Part shown: positions 38,953-52,185 of the stretch, one piece after another | Layout of the letters: every line of letters starts with the position of its first letter | Position numbering within the stretch: position 1 is the stretch's first letter | From: Eledone cirrhosa | Lineage: Eukaryota | Length of the DNA stretch: 64,000 bases | Reading direction: 5' to 3' | Assembly (NCBI GenBank): GCA_964016885.1 | Contig: OZ024746.1 | Coordinates: 19,220,001 to 19,284,000 of the forward strand | The notes under the pieces: model-generated | Seen by the model: only the letters and a program-made list of their open reading frames with translations | Told to the model about the DNA's origin: nothing | Databases searched by the model: none | Translations under genes and position numbers: made by a program

Positions 38953-40652
38953 ATGATATTGTCTATTCAGTTGATTAGATCTAATTTACTAACATTTTCT
39001 TGAACTAAGTAAAATATTATTAGTAAATATATAATCTTCACTGAAAATTTTAGGTGTTTATTCCACACCTAGTTGTGGAATAGGGCTTAAAACAGTATCA
39101 AATCTCAAAAAGAACCAACCACTAAAAGCATCAGGGTTATTACGAAAGAAGGTGAATTGTATTGCGTGACAGTTTTCAAAGCACATCCAGTTTTTCTCGG
39201 GGCTAGGATAAGATTAACATCAATACTTCTTTCTTATCTTTCAAGACGATGTTTCATTTATAATTTAAATCTCAAAAGACCTTTACTTACTTAAATTAGG
39301 ATAAAAAAAATAAAATAGGAAAAATACAAAGTGAGATAGTAAAGCTCAGTATCGTAGCATGTTTATAAATGTATAAATGACAAATAATACATGAATATTC
39401 ATATAAACTGAATAAGTTCTTCTCGTCGTCGTCCTCCTAGAAGGGTTGTGGGGGAAGAGTACTCAACCACTCCTTCCAGCAGGTTCTGTCAGAAGAAAAT
39501 GAATTAGTTATCTGTTTGAAAATGTTTCTCTGACCCACCACAATGTTTTTTGTTTTTTTCTTCCTCTAAGTATAAAAATATACTTAATGTATCTTTAATG
39601 TTACATCTATTAAATATATTAAACATACTTAAATATTTATTTCACTTTAAATTCACTGATTGGGTAATAAGAAAGACAATAACACAGGTAAAAAGAGGAA
39701 AGATACGATGATATAACCTCATTTCTGACCAGCCGTTACTAAATGTATGACAAAAATGGATGGATGGTCACCGTAACTCTGTAGGGAGTGGTAAGTTTGC
39801 CGTGTTGACATATGGCGTTTCGAGGACATTTTAAAACCTGGCGAAGGCCATCCTTCTCAACGTCTGAATATAACAGATTTCTTCCAGAAAAGGATAGAGA
39901 GAGAATGGAAGTGTGGAAGAGTGCTCAGATGCACTACAACTCATCAAAGGTGCATGTATAGTACATAGAATAATGTATAAATGTCAGGAAAGTGAACAGT
40001 GTATGAGTCATGATATACATGTGTGCGTGTGTATGGACGGGAGATATCAAGTGTAGTGTTGGCGAATTTCAGGAAGCATTGAGGTTTTAAAGGATGGGAG
40101 TGGGAAAGTCGATTAAATCGACCTCAGTACGTTACTGATACTTTATTTATCGACCCCGTAAGGATGAACGGTAAAGCTATCCTCGGCGGGATTTGAACTC
40201 AGAACATAAAGGGACGTTCGGCATATATCTTATATCTTCTGATATATATAAGAAATTACATCGTTCTGTGCTCATGCTTTTGTTTTAGACCCATTAACAA
40301 CACGGACGACTGAACAAGAGATGATGATTGTTACAACCAGAAGTTGAAACTAGGAAACTAGATCATAAACGAAATACAACTGACTCTGGTGTTTCTACTG
40401 TCTAACGATGATTCTTCAATTTTTAAAGATTTCTGTTATTTGTTAGTCGTCTTCTGTGATCGATATTTTTACGGGGAGAAGATAAATTATTTTACCGTTG
40501 GTATTATCAATAATTACGTAACTCTATAAAGAAAGATCAAAGAAAGTTTATTTTTCTGCTCAAGAAACATGGTCCATCAAAATCAAAATATTTGCTAGTG
40601 ATCCATCAAATACAATAATATTCTTTATTTTTCTCTTAGACTTTATCAAATT

Positions 40653-40683
40653 ATGGAATCTGAAATTTCACTTGAAACATTAG
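40653..40683 (+). CDS. MEI4: MEI4 homologue, probable coding exon 1 (MESEISLETL-)
   Basis: Polypyrimidine plus AG acceptor at 40638-40639, ATG at 40653, donor G|gtatgt. Phase 1 matches the next exon. The acceptor implies an upstream non-coding exon. Confidence 0.6.
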
Positions 40684-43600
40684 GTATGTTTAAATATATA
40701 TCAATATTTAATATATAATGTTCTAGATTCATTTATTTTATATGAAATTACATAAAACTATATTTTAAAGATTTATAATGATTGGAACAATTTACAAAAA
40801 TATTAATGAAACAAATATATAAGGTTAAATAGAAGTACATACATGTAATTGATTAATTATTGCTTGGATCCTTATAAATATAATTGTTTCTACTTTAGGC
40901 ACAAGGCCAGCAATTACCCAGTGCATTACTGGTACTTTATTTTATCGACCCCGTAGGGATGAAAGGCAAAGTTAACCTCGGCGGGATTTGAACTTTAAAT
41001 ATAATACACAAAATATATAATCAAAGCAAAAAAGATCGATAAATTTAAAAAAGACCGATGTTTCTACGGCTTTGTATCGGAATTTTTAACCTTATCGGTC
41101 TTCTTGCTTTGATTATATATTTTTATGTATTATACTTTTCCTTTCATCCTTACGGGGTCGATAAAATAAAGTACCAGTAATACACTGAGTAATTGCTGGC
41201 CTTGTGCCAAAAGTAGAAACAATTATACTTTTAAGGTTCCCTAGCAATAATTAATTGATTATATGTATGTACTTCTAGTTAATCTTACATATTTGTTATA
41301 TATTATCAATATGGAAAATAATATAATAAAAGACCGATAAGTTTCTCCATTATTGTACCGGAATTTTTAAACGTAGTCATTTATTACATACCTCATAATA
41401 CTTCGTATTAACTATACTATTTTAATATATATTAATATATTTTTGTAAATCTTATCTACCTTGCTGTCCATCGATTATATATATATGATGTTTTAAAAAA
41501 TCAGATATCATTTGAAATGTAAATATCCTATATGTATGTATTTCTATATTTGTTATGATAATAAAAAAAAAAACACGTTTTATCTAAAAAAAAAAAAAAA
41601 ACACACTGTGAATTAGTGTTAAATGTCGACACATTTTGAGGAATAAATCTTGTTGTTCAACATTAAGCCTGCTTAGTCTTATTCTAGACATTGTAGTTTC
41701 TGTGATATTTACATCTCAAATGATATCTAAACAAGAACGTGTCGTCTGATGGTTAGACATGACCACATTTTGTCTGTTAACATTGATATAGTTCATATTT
41801 TCGTCGTTCACATCAATAATACTAAATTTTTAAAAGCAGTATAGTTATTACGAAGCATTGTGTGAAATACGAGGGTCGAGGGAAAAGTTCATAGGTCGAC
41901 CGAGATACTCTCATGGAATGACCAAATGAGGTTTATTATTTTTCTGGTAACAATGCAATTATTAATAAGAAGAGTTGAAATTAAAGCATACAAGATTTCA
42001 TAAGTCTAACATTACTCCTTCATAGTCAGCCTATGTTCTTTGAAGCCTGTCCTCATATAACAGAAGATGAAATAAAGACAATAACAAATATTCTATTCTT
42101 GACCTTTCTAAAAGTTACCCTAGTATATAATAAATGACTGATAAGTTTCAGATATATTTTAACAACGTTGTACTAGGTTTCTGAAACTTATCAGCCACTT
42201 AAAACACACACACACACACACACACATTGTCCGGTTATTATTTATAAATAAAGCCTTTTTTTTTTTAAATCAGCCGGGCCACTTAAAAACGACCCCCGGT
42301 GATTGTAAATGAAAACATATACAGGGTTTTCTAAGGAAGAATATATTGGAATGGCTTTATCTCCTATCTTTAAAAAAGAAAGGATACATGTTAGCTAGAT
42401 ACACAGTGTCTAAAAAAAGGGGGTCGGATCATCTAGACTGGAATGTCTCTGATCGCTCACAGTTGATCAACAAGAAACATGTTTATTTGTAGGCATAATT
42501 ATACGAAATAATTCTATGTATTTTTAACAAATAAATTTACTTTGGGAATTGAAAATTAGTAAAATTTTAATTTTGAATTTCAATTCTATAGTCTTAACTA
42601 CAGAGTGTATTTCTTTTTATCTTTTCTAAATGTTTCTATGTCTTCTAATCCAAGGTCTTCTCACTCCTGTTGGAGGAGCCCCTCCCTGGTTGACCTCCAC
42701 TTTCTGTTTAGTTTTTGGTCATGTCAAGGATGTAGCCATACTCACCACCTTGGTCAATTGTGGGTTATTGTGGCTATTTAACCCATAGTTGGGGGGGTGG
42801 ATAGCCATTGACTCTCAGGAGTTCATCTGCCCTTTTAATGGCTCTTGTGTTTTGTGCTGCTGGGGTTCCACTTACCTTCCTCACCAGATACTGGTCTGGT
42901 GGGGGGAGCTGAGTTGGCGAAGACTTGGCCAAGTAGGTTGTACCGGGTTACATGGTACCAGTAGAAGGCAGATGCCTGACCTGACTAAATTATTCTCTTC
43001 TAAATAAATATTATTTCCAAATTCCTCACCTTATGTGGTATTCCCTGCAAGTTATACACAGTCAGTAGACCATAAGTTGTTTAGGCCTGTTCCACAATGT
43101 TAACTCTACCCAATTCTGTCCTTGGTAATATCTCCTGTAACTTAATCTCTCTGAGATATTTTATTCCAGGCTTCATATTTTACAGGCTTCCATCACAATA
43201 CATATTGAATTATTTATGCTGAGCCAATATCACAACAACTAAAACACCCAGCCCACCCTGTAAAGTGATCATGCTGGTGACACAATAAAAAGCACCCAGT
43301 TTATCTTGTAAGGTGGTCATTTCAGTGCTATGATAAAAAGCACCTAGTCTACACTGTAAAATGGCTGGTGTAAGAAAGGGCATTCGGCTGTAGAAACCAA
43401 GCCAAAATATAAGTCTGTATGAGCATGATGTCATCTTTGCACCTGACTAGTCTCATAGCATGACAACCCATCTAATCCATCCAAGCGTGAAAAATGGAGG
43501 TTATATGGTGATGATGATGATGATGATGATGATGTGTGTGTACCTGGTAGTGTGACATTAGGAGTAAGCGTATGTACACACTGTTCACTGACAACAACTG

Positions 43601-44718
43601 ATTCTGAAGTCTATAAGTCAACATACACTAAAAGAAACTCTTCCACTGCCTTAACTTGTATTTATGTATGACCTTGTAGAAGAGGTCACTGATTTATAAA
43701 ATTACAGGAATGTCTAACTTATCACATCTCTCTTCAGTCTTTCAGTCTCTCTATACTTCTATGGTTTATTTAAAAGGGAGAAAAGATGAAACCACCGCTA
43801 CAACATTGCAGAATTCTCTCAGTGTAAAATGACAGTTTAGATTTTATATTTATATTTATCTATTTCATTGACCTGACATTAACTCCACACTCCTATTCTC
43901 ATTTTGTTTTGTTTCTAATTTAATTCTCTACATACAAACACCACAGAGCTTAAAAATACCTCACCAATCATCATCATCATCATTGTTTTTAAGGCTGTTT
44001 TTCCATGCTTGCATGGGTTGGACAGGTCCTTTTCAGCACAACATCTGTCCACTTGTTGTGTTCCTTCGTCATCTCCTCTGTGAGTTTCAGTGGTTTGAGA
44101 TCAGTCCTCAACACCTCTGCCCAGGTCTTCCTTGGTCTACCTCTAATGTGGCTTCCTTCCACTGGCATTTCCAGGCATGGAATGTCTTAATATAATTTAT
44201 TTTTTCTGCCTTCCTTTTTTTAAAAATAATCTGTTCTCGTATGTTTGTCCTCCTACACTCTTTTTTTCTTTCTTTTCACTATATGTATATGTGCCCCCAT
44301 CCTATCTCTTCTCTTCTTTTCCTGTTTGTATGGTCCTATTTCTATTCTGAAAAGAAAGTTAGTCAACCTTTCAAAACAGAAGCTAACTATTCCCCCTATC
44401 ACACTACCTTTTGTCACTGTTGAGAATGCACTCAATCTGTTAACCAGTTAAATTCAATTGTATCGTCCTCCTCAGTACAAATAATGGTTCCTGATTTAGG
44501 CACAAGGCCAACAATTTTGGGTGTATGGAAAGTCGATTAAATCAACTCCAGTGCATTACTGGTCCTTTATTTTATTGACACCTGTAAGGATGAAAGGCAA
44601 AGATAACCTGTAGAAATCATTCTATAATAAAATAAATATGCCTATACTCTATTAACATATTGAGTACTTTTTTTAAATGTGGTCATCTCCCGATATACAT
44701 ACATATACATATATATAT

Positions 44719-45145
44719 GACATGACAAAAATCGCCCACTCCACACTGTAAAGTGGTCATTCTGGTGACATGACAAAAATCGCCCAGTCCACACTGTAAA
44801 GTGGTCATTCTGGTGACATGACAAAAATCGCCCAGTCCACACTGTAAAGTGGTCATTCTGGTGACATGACAAAAAGCGCTCAGTCCACACTGTAAAGTGG
44901 TCATTCTGGTGACATGACAAAAAGCGCCCAGTCCACACTGTAAAGTGGTCATTCTGGTGACATGACAAAAAGCGCTCAGTCCACAAGGTAAAGTGGTTGT
45001 GTTGTTGACTCAACAAAAAGCGCCCAGTCCACACTGTAAAGTGGTCATTCTGGTGACATGACAAAAATCGCCCAGTCCACACTGTAAAGTGGTCATTCTG
45101 GTGACATGACAAAAAGCGCCCAGTCCACAAGGTAAAGTGGTCGTG
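44719..45145. repeat. 48-bp minisatellite, about 9 units, derived from the internal repeat of the SINE/RTE family
   Basis: gacatgacaaaaatcgcccagtccacactgtaaagtggtcattctggt; same motif as the SINE-internal aaaagcacccag..cactgtaaa. Confidence 0.88.
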
Positions 45146-45332
45146 TTGTAGTAACTGGCCTTTATAATTATATCATAATTATAATTATATGGTATTGATT
45201 TGCGCTATACATTGGATATTTCTACCTAGTTATTACCACTATATATGTAAGTGTGTATATATATATATATATTACATTTCATTTCATTTCATTTTACGTC
45301 CGCTTTTTCCCTGCTTGCAATATATATATGTA

Positions 45333-45374
<42 letters not shown>

Positions 45375-45449
45375 CATATATGTATAAGGGACAAACCCGT
45401 CTAATCCATGCTAGCATGGAAGAAAGACATTAAACAATGACGATGATGA

Positions 45450-45487
<38 letters not shown>

Positions 45488-45491
<4 letters not shown>

Positions 45492-45578
45492 TGGCCCCAA
45501 AAATGTAGACACTTGAACACCATTCTAATAAATATTGCTGGTACAGGTAATCAACGTGTGTATGCATTTTTGGGGACA

Positions 45579-45583
<5 letters not shown>
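45488..45583. mobile_element. Very short Tc1-like MITE in (TA)n
   Basis: cagtggccccaaaaatgta ... tgcatttttggggacactctg, flanked by TA repeats. Confidence 0.6.
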
Positions 45584-45645
<62 letters not shown>

Positions 45646-45706
45646 ACATTTTCATTCTACCTATCCGAAAATGTAAAAATGCTTTCATGTTTTTCTTCTT
45701 CTCAAG

Positions 45707-45931
45707 AACAACAATACATCCTTAAAATTAAAATAGCCGTTGCTTTTGTTATATTGAGAAACAAGCCTAAAGCGATTCCAACTATCCAATATGTTGATGA
45801 TCTTATGTCTACCTACCAAAGACAGGTTTTGGATTCATCAGATAATTCTCCTAGTATTGATCGGGACCATTTAATCAACTGCCAGCAAAAATTAATTAAT
45901 GAACTGGAATTGACTAATTTAATATTTCAGG
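45707..45931 (+). CDS. MEI4: MEI4 homologue, coding exon 2 (conserved N-terminal motifs)
   Basis: ttcttcttctcaag| ... G|gtaag. YILKIKIAVAFVILRNKPKAIPTIQYVDDL resembles the vertebrate MEI4 N-terminus WYLRTSKLALALAIIRSKPADKSSREYTEHL (recalled). Confidence 0.85.
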
Positions 45932-46277
45932 GTAAGAACATGTTTCTTTTTTATTTTTGTAAATCTCTTTATTTTGTAATTATTACCACTAACAATTATT
46001 TATTTGTGATCTACATGATAAACGTGCTCAGTATGCTCTGTAAAGTAATTGGTGTTAGGAAGGTCATCCAGCCGTAAATGGTTTGTCAAACAAAGGGTTG
46101 AGAGGACCCTCCAGTTGTGTCAAGGAGATGGCAGCCCCCCCCCCCCCCTAATGTTTTGTCACCAGCATAACCACCTTTAGATATATATATTTAATCAAGC
46201 GCAAAACTAATAATATTTTTCTTAATTGTACTGAGTCATTTGTTTTGTTTCGTCATTTCTGTTTGCCTTTTCCATAT

Positions 46278-46855
46278 ATCATCATCATCATCATCATCAT
46301 CATTTTACGTCCACTTTTCCCTGCTTGCAAGGGTGGGACGGGAACTGATTCTGGCTTGATTTCTACAGCTGGATGCCCTTCCTAACACCAACCACATTTA
46401 CAGTGTGGACTGGGAGGTTTTTACTGTGTTACGTACACAGCCACATTACAGCGTGGGCTGTGTGCTTTTTTGTCGTGACACCTACATGACCTCATTTGTT
46501 TCGGACTGGATGTTGTGATACCAACATAACTTTACATTGAAAGGGGTGGGGGTAGGTGGACGGGGTGTGTTTTTGTTAGAGGTGCCTACTGACTGTAAGG
46601 TTTCGCTTTGTACTTAGGCAAGGCGGGTCTTCTGTATTACTGTGTAGCGCCAAAGATCTCGGTCCAGTGACATTGTCTTGGAGAGGTGTAAGTATGTGAG
46701 GTCGGAATTTATCAAGTCATCCCAGGTTTTTCTGGGTCTGCCTACTCTGTGGCTACCGTCTATTTTTATCGCCCTGCACTTTTTTATACAGCTGTCGTCT
46801 TTCATGCGCATCACGTGACCATACCAACGTGGTCTTCTCTCGAGTAAACAACATC
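46278..46855 (-). mobile_element. RTE LINE 3' end with 3'UTR and (GAT)n tail
   Basis: RPRWYGHVMRMKDDSCIKKCR.I.IDG....GRPRKTW.D.I..DL......DRDLWR. The UTR is shared with fragments at about 12005-12405 and 37495-37880. Related RTE ends lie at about 43968-44180 and 62670-63070. Confidence 0.85.
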
Positions 46856-47079
46856 TTAGGTTTTTTTCTATTTAATTGCTAAACCTGTAGATATTGTTTT
46901 CTATAGAGTAGCGGTAAAAATCACTTGTAATAATATATATATATATATATACAAAATTAAGATAAATTGAATTGAATTAAATTAAATCAAATTAAATTAA
47001 GGGTGTCATGCCAGATAGACATGCGCCATATCACCCGTAAAATATGCTCCAAGATTCTAATCAGTAGATCCGAGCATTT

Positions 47080-47482
47080 TATATCAACTAGAAATTGATT
47101 GACATATAATTAAACATATGAAACAATCACAGGGGATAATTTGTAAAAGTGTGTAAGCACACATAGCTTGGTAGGTAACTAAATAAAGTTTAACTAGAAC
47201 TTCAAAAATAGATACCTTATAATTTGATTATAAGATGGTTGGACCTCTTCCTTGTTGAAAATCCAGGATCTGGCTACTGTCGTTTACCAATCGATTAATT
47301 GGTGAAATATATTTCTTTAATGGAATATATATGAGGAAGATTAATCAAATTATAAGGTATCTATTTTTGAAGTTCTAAAACTTTATTTAGTTACCTACCT
47401 AGCTATGTGTGCTTACACACTTTTACAAATTATCCCCTGTGATTGTTTCATATGTTTAATTATATGTCAATCAATTTCTAGT

Positions 47483-47488
<6 letters not shown>
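47080..47488. repeat. Long inverted repeat, arms about 150 bp, in MEI4 intron 2
   Basis: 47080-47230 is the near-perfect reverse complement of 47342-47488. Confidence 0.92.
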
Positions 47489-47523
<35 letters not shown>

Positions 47524-47626
47524 ATCGGAATTAAGAGTATTCTGCAGTTCACAGCAATAATAATAATATTAGCTCAAAGAAGAATAGAGAATTTTCTTCT
47601 GAGCTCAGAATATATAACTACCTGTG

Positions 47627-48180
47627 TTACACAAATAGAAGTGTGTTACACAGTGAAATGTGTGTAAAGGATTATTAAAAGTGATTTTTACTGTTACTGT
47701 ATAGAAAACAATATCTACAGGTTTACCAATTAAATAGAAAAAAACCTAAGTCAGAATCAAATCACTGAAGTAGGGTTTTAAATTACTAATCTTATAACTA
47801 TAAGTTTGCTGATACGAATTAAGTTCGTTTCGCCACAGAAATGTGCAGTTTAACAGCCACTACTGATTTCGCCCTACCCTGGGTTATATTAGCTTTCTCT
47901 CGATCCATGAGGTTAGATGTGTAGTAAACAGAATCCACATTTGCTGACTGATGGACCTGTGGCTGTTAAACTGCACATTTCTGTGACAAAACGAACTTAA
48001 TGTGTATCAGCAAACTTATAGTTATAAGATTAGTAATTTAAAACTCTACTTCAGTGATTTGATTCTGACTTAGGTTTTTTTTCTATTTAATTGCTAAACC
48101 TGTAGATATTGTTTTCTATACAGTAACGGTAATAATCCTTTACACACATTTCACTGTGTAACACACTTCTATTTGTGTAA
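47627..48180. repeat. Long inverted repeat, arms about 230 bp, in MEI4 intron 2
   Basis: 47627-47860 pairs with 47959-48180. An extra partial arm copy lies at about 46855-46930. Confidence 0.92.
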
Positions 48181-48356
48181 TATATTTGTATATATATATA
48201 TATAATAAACTTAGGAAAATTAACAAAGAGAAGACAAGACAATGGACGAAAGCAAGGCAAAACATAAAAAAAAATTTTGAAGGGAGAACTTTAAAAAAAT
48301 TATATATATTTGTGTGTGTGTATTTATATCTTTTCTTTTCTTTTTTTATCTTTCAG

Positions 48357-48751
48357 ATGCAGATTCTAACAATATCTTAACACCTCCTCTCTCTGGAAAA
48401 TGTATCACTTCTAACTCTATTTCATTAGATCGTATGTTAACAAAACATACCACTTTCCTGCAAAGTTCATTTAAATTAAGAAGTGTTTCGAATCTGATCA
48501 AAGAACAGCTTCAAATAGATAAAGTCATTGAACAAACAGTTATTGATAGTATCCAAATAGTTTATAATTTTCTCTCAACTGATATACATAAAATCACATC
48601 ACCTTGTGTTAGTTCAACAATAAAAGCAACAATGAAAATCTGTGACTTGGTACCTCAGAATTCAAATCTTCAGAAGATTTTAAAAACTTTCACTGCAGAT
48701 TTCCAGAATACTGTCATCAAGAAAGTATTATTTAATGATAATGTAACACAG
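48357..48751 (+). CDS. MEI4: MEI4 homologue, coding exon 3
   Basis: tttcag| ... CAG|gtagtt, phase 1 in and phase 0 out. LTKHTTFLQSSFKLRSV resembles MEI4 LSSHMQFLQYLLELKNL. Confidence 0.82.
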
Positions 48752-50974
48752 GTAGTTTTTGTCAAATTTCTTGATTTTCTTTTCTTTTTATCTTTATTAC
48801 TGTTAAAGCACATAGATTACCAATCGTGAGGGTGTAAGTTCGATTCCCAGACCAAGCAGTGCATTATGTCCTTCAATAAGACACTTTATTTCATGTTGCT
48901 CTTTCTACCAGGAGTTGCAACAGGTAGATAGTATCAGCAATTGTTTCCTTGGTTCAATTTGACAAGTGAGGTAGGATCTTGTTAAATTTTTCCTTTCCAT
49001 CCTTTATTAACTCTTAATATCCTGTAATGATTTAGTACAAAATGTTTAAAAACATGTTTATTCATTCAAATGTTTATAGTATATTTACCAGTGGGAAAAA
49101 TCATAGTGAAAAGTTTTAGAGTAAGGACTTCAATTCTTATTTAACAGCATGCAGTCATAGTGCTGTTTTATATTTTTCAAGAATCTCTTGCTAATGTGGT
49201 TTCATGTGGTACAGGATGTTAAGAGTTAACTACTTGATTTCATCAGCATTACTGCAACTCATTTCTACAGCTGGTTGAACTGGAACAACGTGAAATAAAG
49301 TGTCTTGTTCAAGGATACAAGGCATTATCCAGGAATTGAACTAACAACCTCACAATTGTGAATCCAACTATCTAACCACTAAGCCACACCACACCTTCAA
49401 GTTTATGAACATGTGACAGTTGTGTCCTTAGGTATTTCAGAAGTTTAATGGATATGGATTAAAAATTAATATTTAGTTATAGAGAAATTCATGGTAGTTA
49501 AGTTGATAATGTTATGTCAGGCTTCTGTGTTGATAGGGTCTGTTTACTTATTTCTGGTTACTAGGTTTTCTTTCTTTGTTGGCTATGTCAAGTGTTTGCA
49601 AAATTGGGGAAGGGTAGTTTGGATTGATGGTATCATATATATACACACACTCATACATTAATAGCTTAACCCTTTAGCATTTTCATTACTCTATATAAAC
49701 GATATTACTCTATATAAACTATTGTATTTTCATGGTAAAGGCTTTATCTCACATAATATTGAATCTATGAGATCTTGATATTATTCATTTTGAGAACAAT
49801 ACCGTATGAGTGGCCAGTTATGGCCGATTTGAACAGAAAGAGATAAGAGAATTCTAGCTGGATACAGCCGGTTTGAATGCTAAAGAGTTAAATAACACCA
49901 AATAGTTAAGGCATTTATACACCTACAATTGTTTCTACCTGTATTGAGCCATGTATAGTGAGTTATTTTGTTTAATAACTCACGATTAGTGTTCGACACA
50001 GGTGTCTTCAGAGTTTATTAAAATGCTTCTCTAATCAACTCAAAATAATATTTAGAACATATAAAACGTAAAATAACTCAATAGCATCATTATAAGTGTA
50101 TGTATAGCTGCTGTGCATACTTGTATTTATTTAAGAATATAGCATTCCAATCCAATCTATGACCTTCTCACTCCTGTTGGGGGAACCCTTCCCTGGTTGA
50201 CCGCCACTACTTTCTGTTTGGTTTTAGTCAGGTCTTCAGGAGTGTAGCTGTACTCACCACATTTGGCCAATTGCAGGTGATAAGGCTATTTAATCAATAG
50301 TTGGGGTAGTTGGTTGTTGACTTTGAGGAGTTGATCTGCCCCTTTAACAGCTCTTGTATTTTGTGCTGCTGGGGTTCCACTTACCCTCCTCACCAGACAA
50401 GAGTCTGTTGGGTAAGCCAGACTGCAATAGACTGGCATTCTATCAAGTAGGAAATTTACCTCTTATCCACTTCCACACCATTAAGCACTATATCTTGGGG
50501 GAGGGGGATACCCAGGTTGGCTGAAAAGTTCATAGGCTGACCAAGACACTCTCATGGAATGACCAAATGAGGTTTATTTTTCAACATAGTCCCTGGAACG
50601 AAACAATGTAGTTATTAATAATTGTTTCTACATTTAGTACAAAGGGAAGGTGAAAGTCGACTAAATCGACCCCAGTGCATTACTGGTACTTTATTTTATC
50701 GACCACATAAGGATGAAAGGCAAAACTAACTTCAGCAGGATTTGAACTCAGAACGTCAAGGGCCATAACTAAATACTGCAAAGCATTTTGTCTGATACTC
50801 TACCGATTCTGCCAATCCACTGGCCTCAGTTATTAATAATAAGAGTTGAAATTAATGCATGCAAGATTTCACAGCTCTAGCATCACTCCTTTATAGTCAG
50901 TCTCTGAACATTTCAGCTGACCCTTGTATATATAAATATTTTTTTGTATCAAAATATTTGAACTTTATATGTAC

Positions 50975-52097
50975 ATATATATAAAACTGTAGTTGTCTGT
51001 GTGTCCTCATTTTTGCAAAGTCTATACAAATCCACATTTCTACTCCGATTGACTTCAAACTTGCATTTATATATTCCTTGCGATCTAAAGATATTAACTG
51101 CAGCTTTTATTTTTCAATTTTCTATTGTTAAAGGAGTGTTAGGCGCCGGTTATCGATCTTCGTCGAGCCCTTATATCTGTCTGTATGTCTGGCAGTCTGC
51201 ATTACAACATTATTACAAACACATCATTGCTGACGTATTACGTTCACTTTTTTCCGTTCATTGCCAGGGAACTTCTTCACGAACCAAAGTATCATCTACC
51301 TGTTTTCCTTCGGTTGCAACGTTTTTCGAAATATTTACTTCTGCGTTCACAGAGTGATTTTTTTTAGTTTCAGAAAATCCCATTAAGGGTGAAAGCAGCG
51401 ATTCTTTGCTTAAACTTTAGTCTGTTATTTCAATATAAGCGAGGCAACCCTGCCCAGTTGCCACTTCTTGCCAATAAACATTAACCCTTTGTGAGCCATT
51501 CATCTAACTGTAGACCAACAAATACCAACTAAACGGAGCGTTAACAAGAATGATGGCGAATGAATCTTTGAGGTAAGCAATTTCCTCGCGGGATTCTCTG
51601 CTACACCTTTTCGTAATAATACCGTAGTCCTGGTCACTCCTTCCTCCAAAAGCCGTACAAAACGGACATGTGAATCGGTAGATGAATCGGGTGCAAATCT
51701 ACACCAGGCCTACGCGAGAAATTCGCGAGGGACTGCACCGAGAAGGATAGAGCGAAAGCTAACTTAGTGGAAAATGAACTTTTGAGGTAAGTAGCCTACG
51801 CCTTACTGCTATTGCACTGGAACCTTCTGCCAACTTAACCTGTGACTTTCTCTTTCACATTTACTCTAATAGGCCAAAACAGAGGAGTATGAAAAGAAGG
51901 GGCTCAACAATATTTCTATGAACAATGTATGTAGACAGCTAAACTGTACTTTCGACTTCTTAATTTTCTCCAAATAAAACAAGTTTCCTGTCGGTATATT
52001 TTTGTGAATTTTTAACAGGCACTCACAAATAAACGTTTCTCATTGGAGGTGCTATTACCAATGTTCTTACCCGTGCAATGCCGGGATACACTGCTAG
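50975..52097 (+). mobile_element. Non-autonomous Helitron in MEI4 intron 3
   Basis: 5' tatatataaaa...gtctgtgtgtcc. At the 3' end a subterminal hairpin cccgtgcaatgccggg (52070-52085) is followed by CTAG|T. No TSD. Confidence 0.7.
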
Positions 52098-52185
52098 TAA
52101 CTTATAACGTCAATAATATGCTGTATAGCAAATATCAATGTTTTGATAATTGTATACATTTTTTTTATTTTATTTTCTTTTGTAG

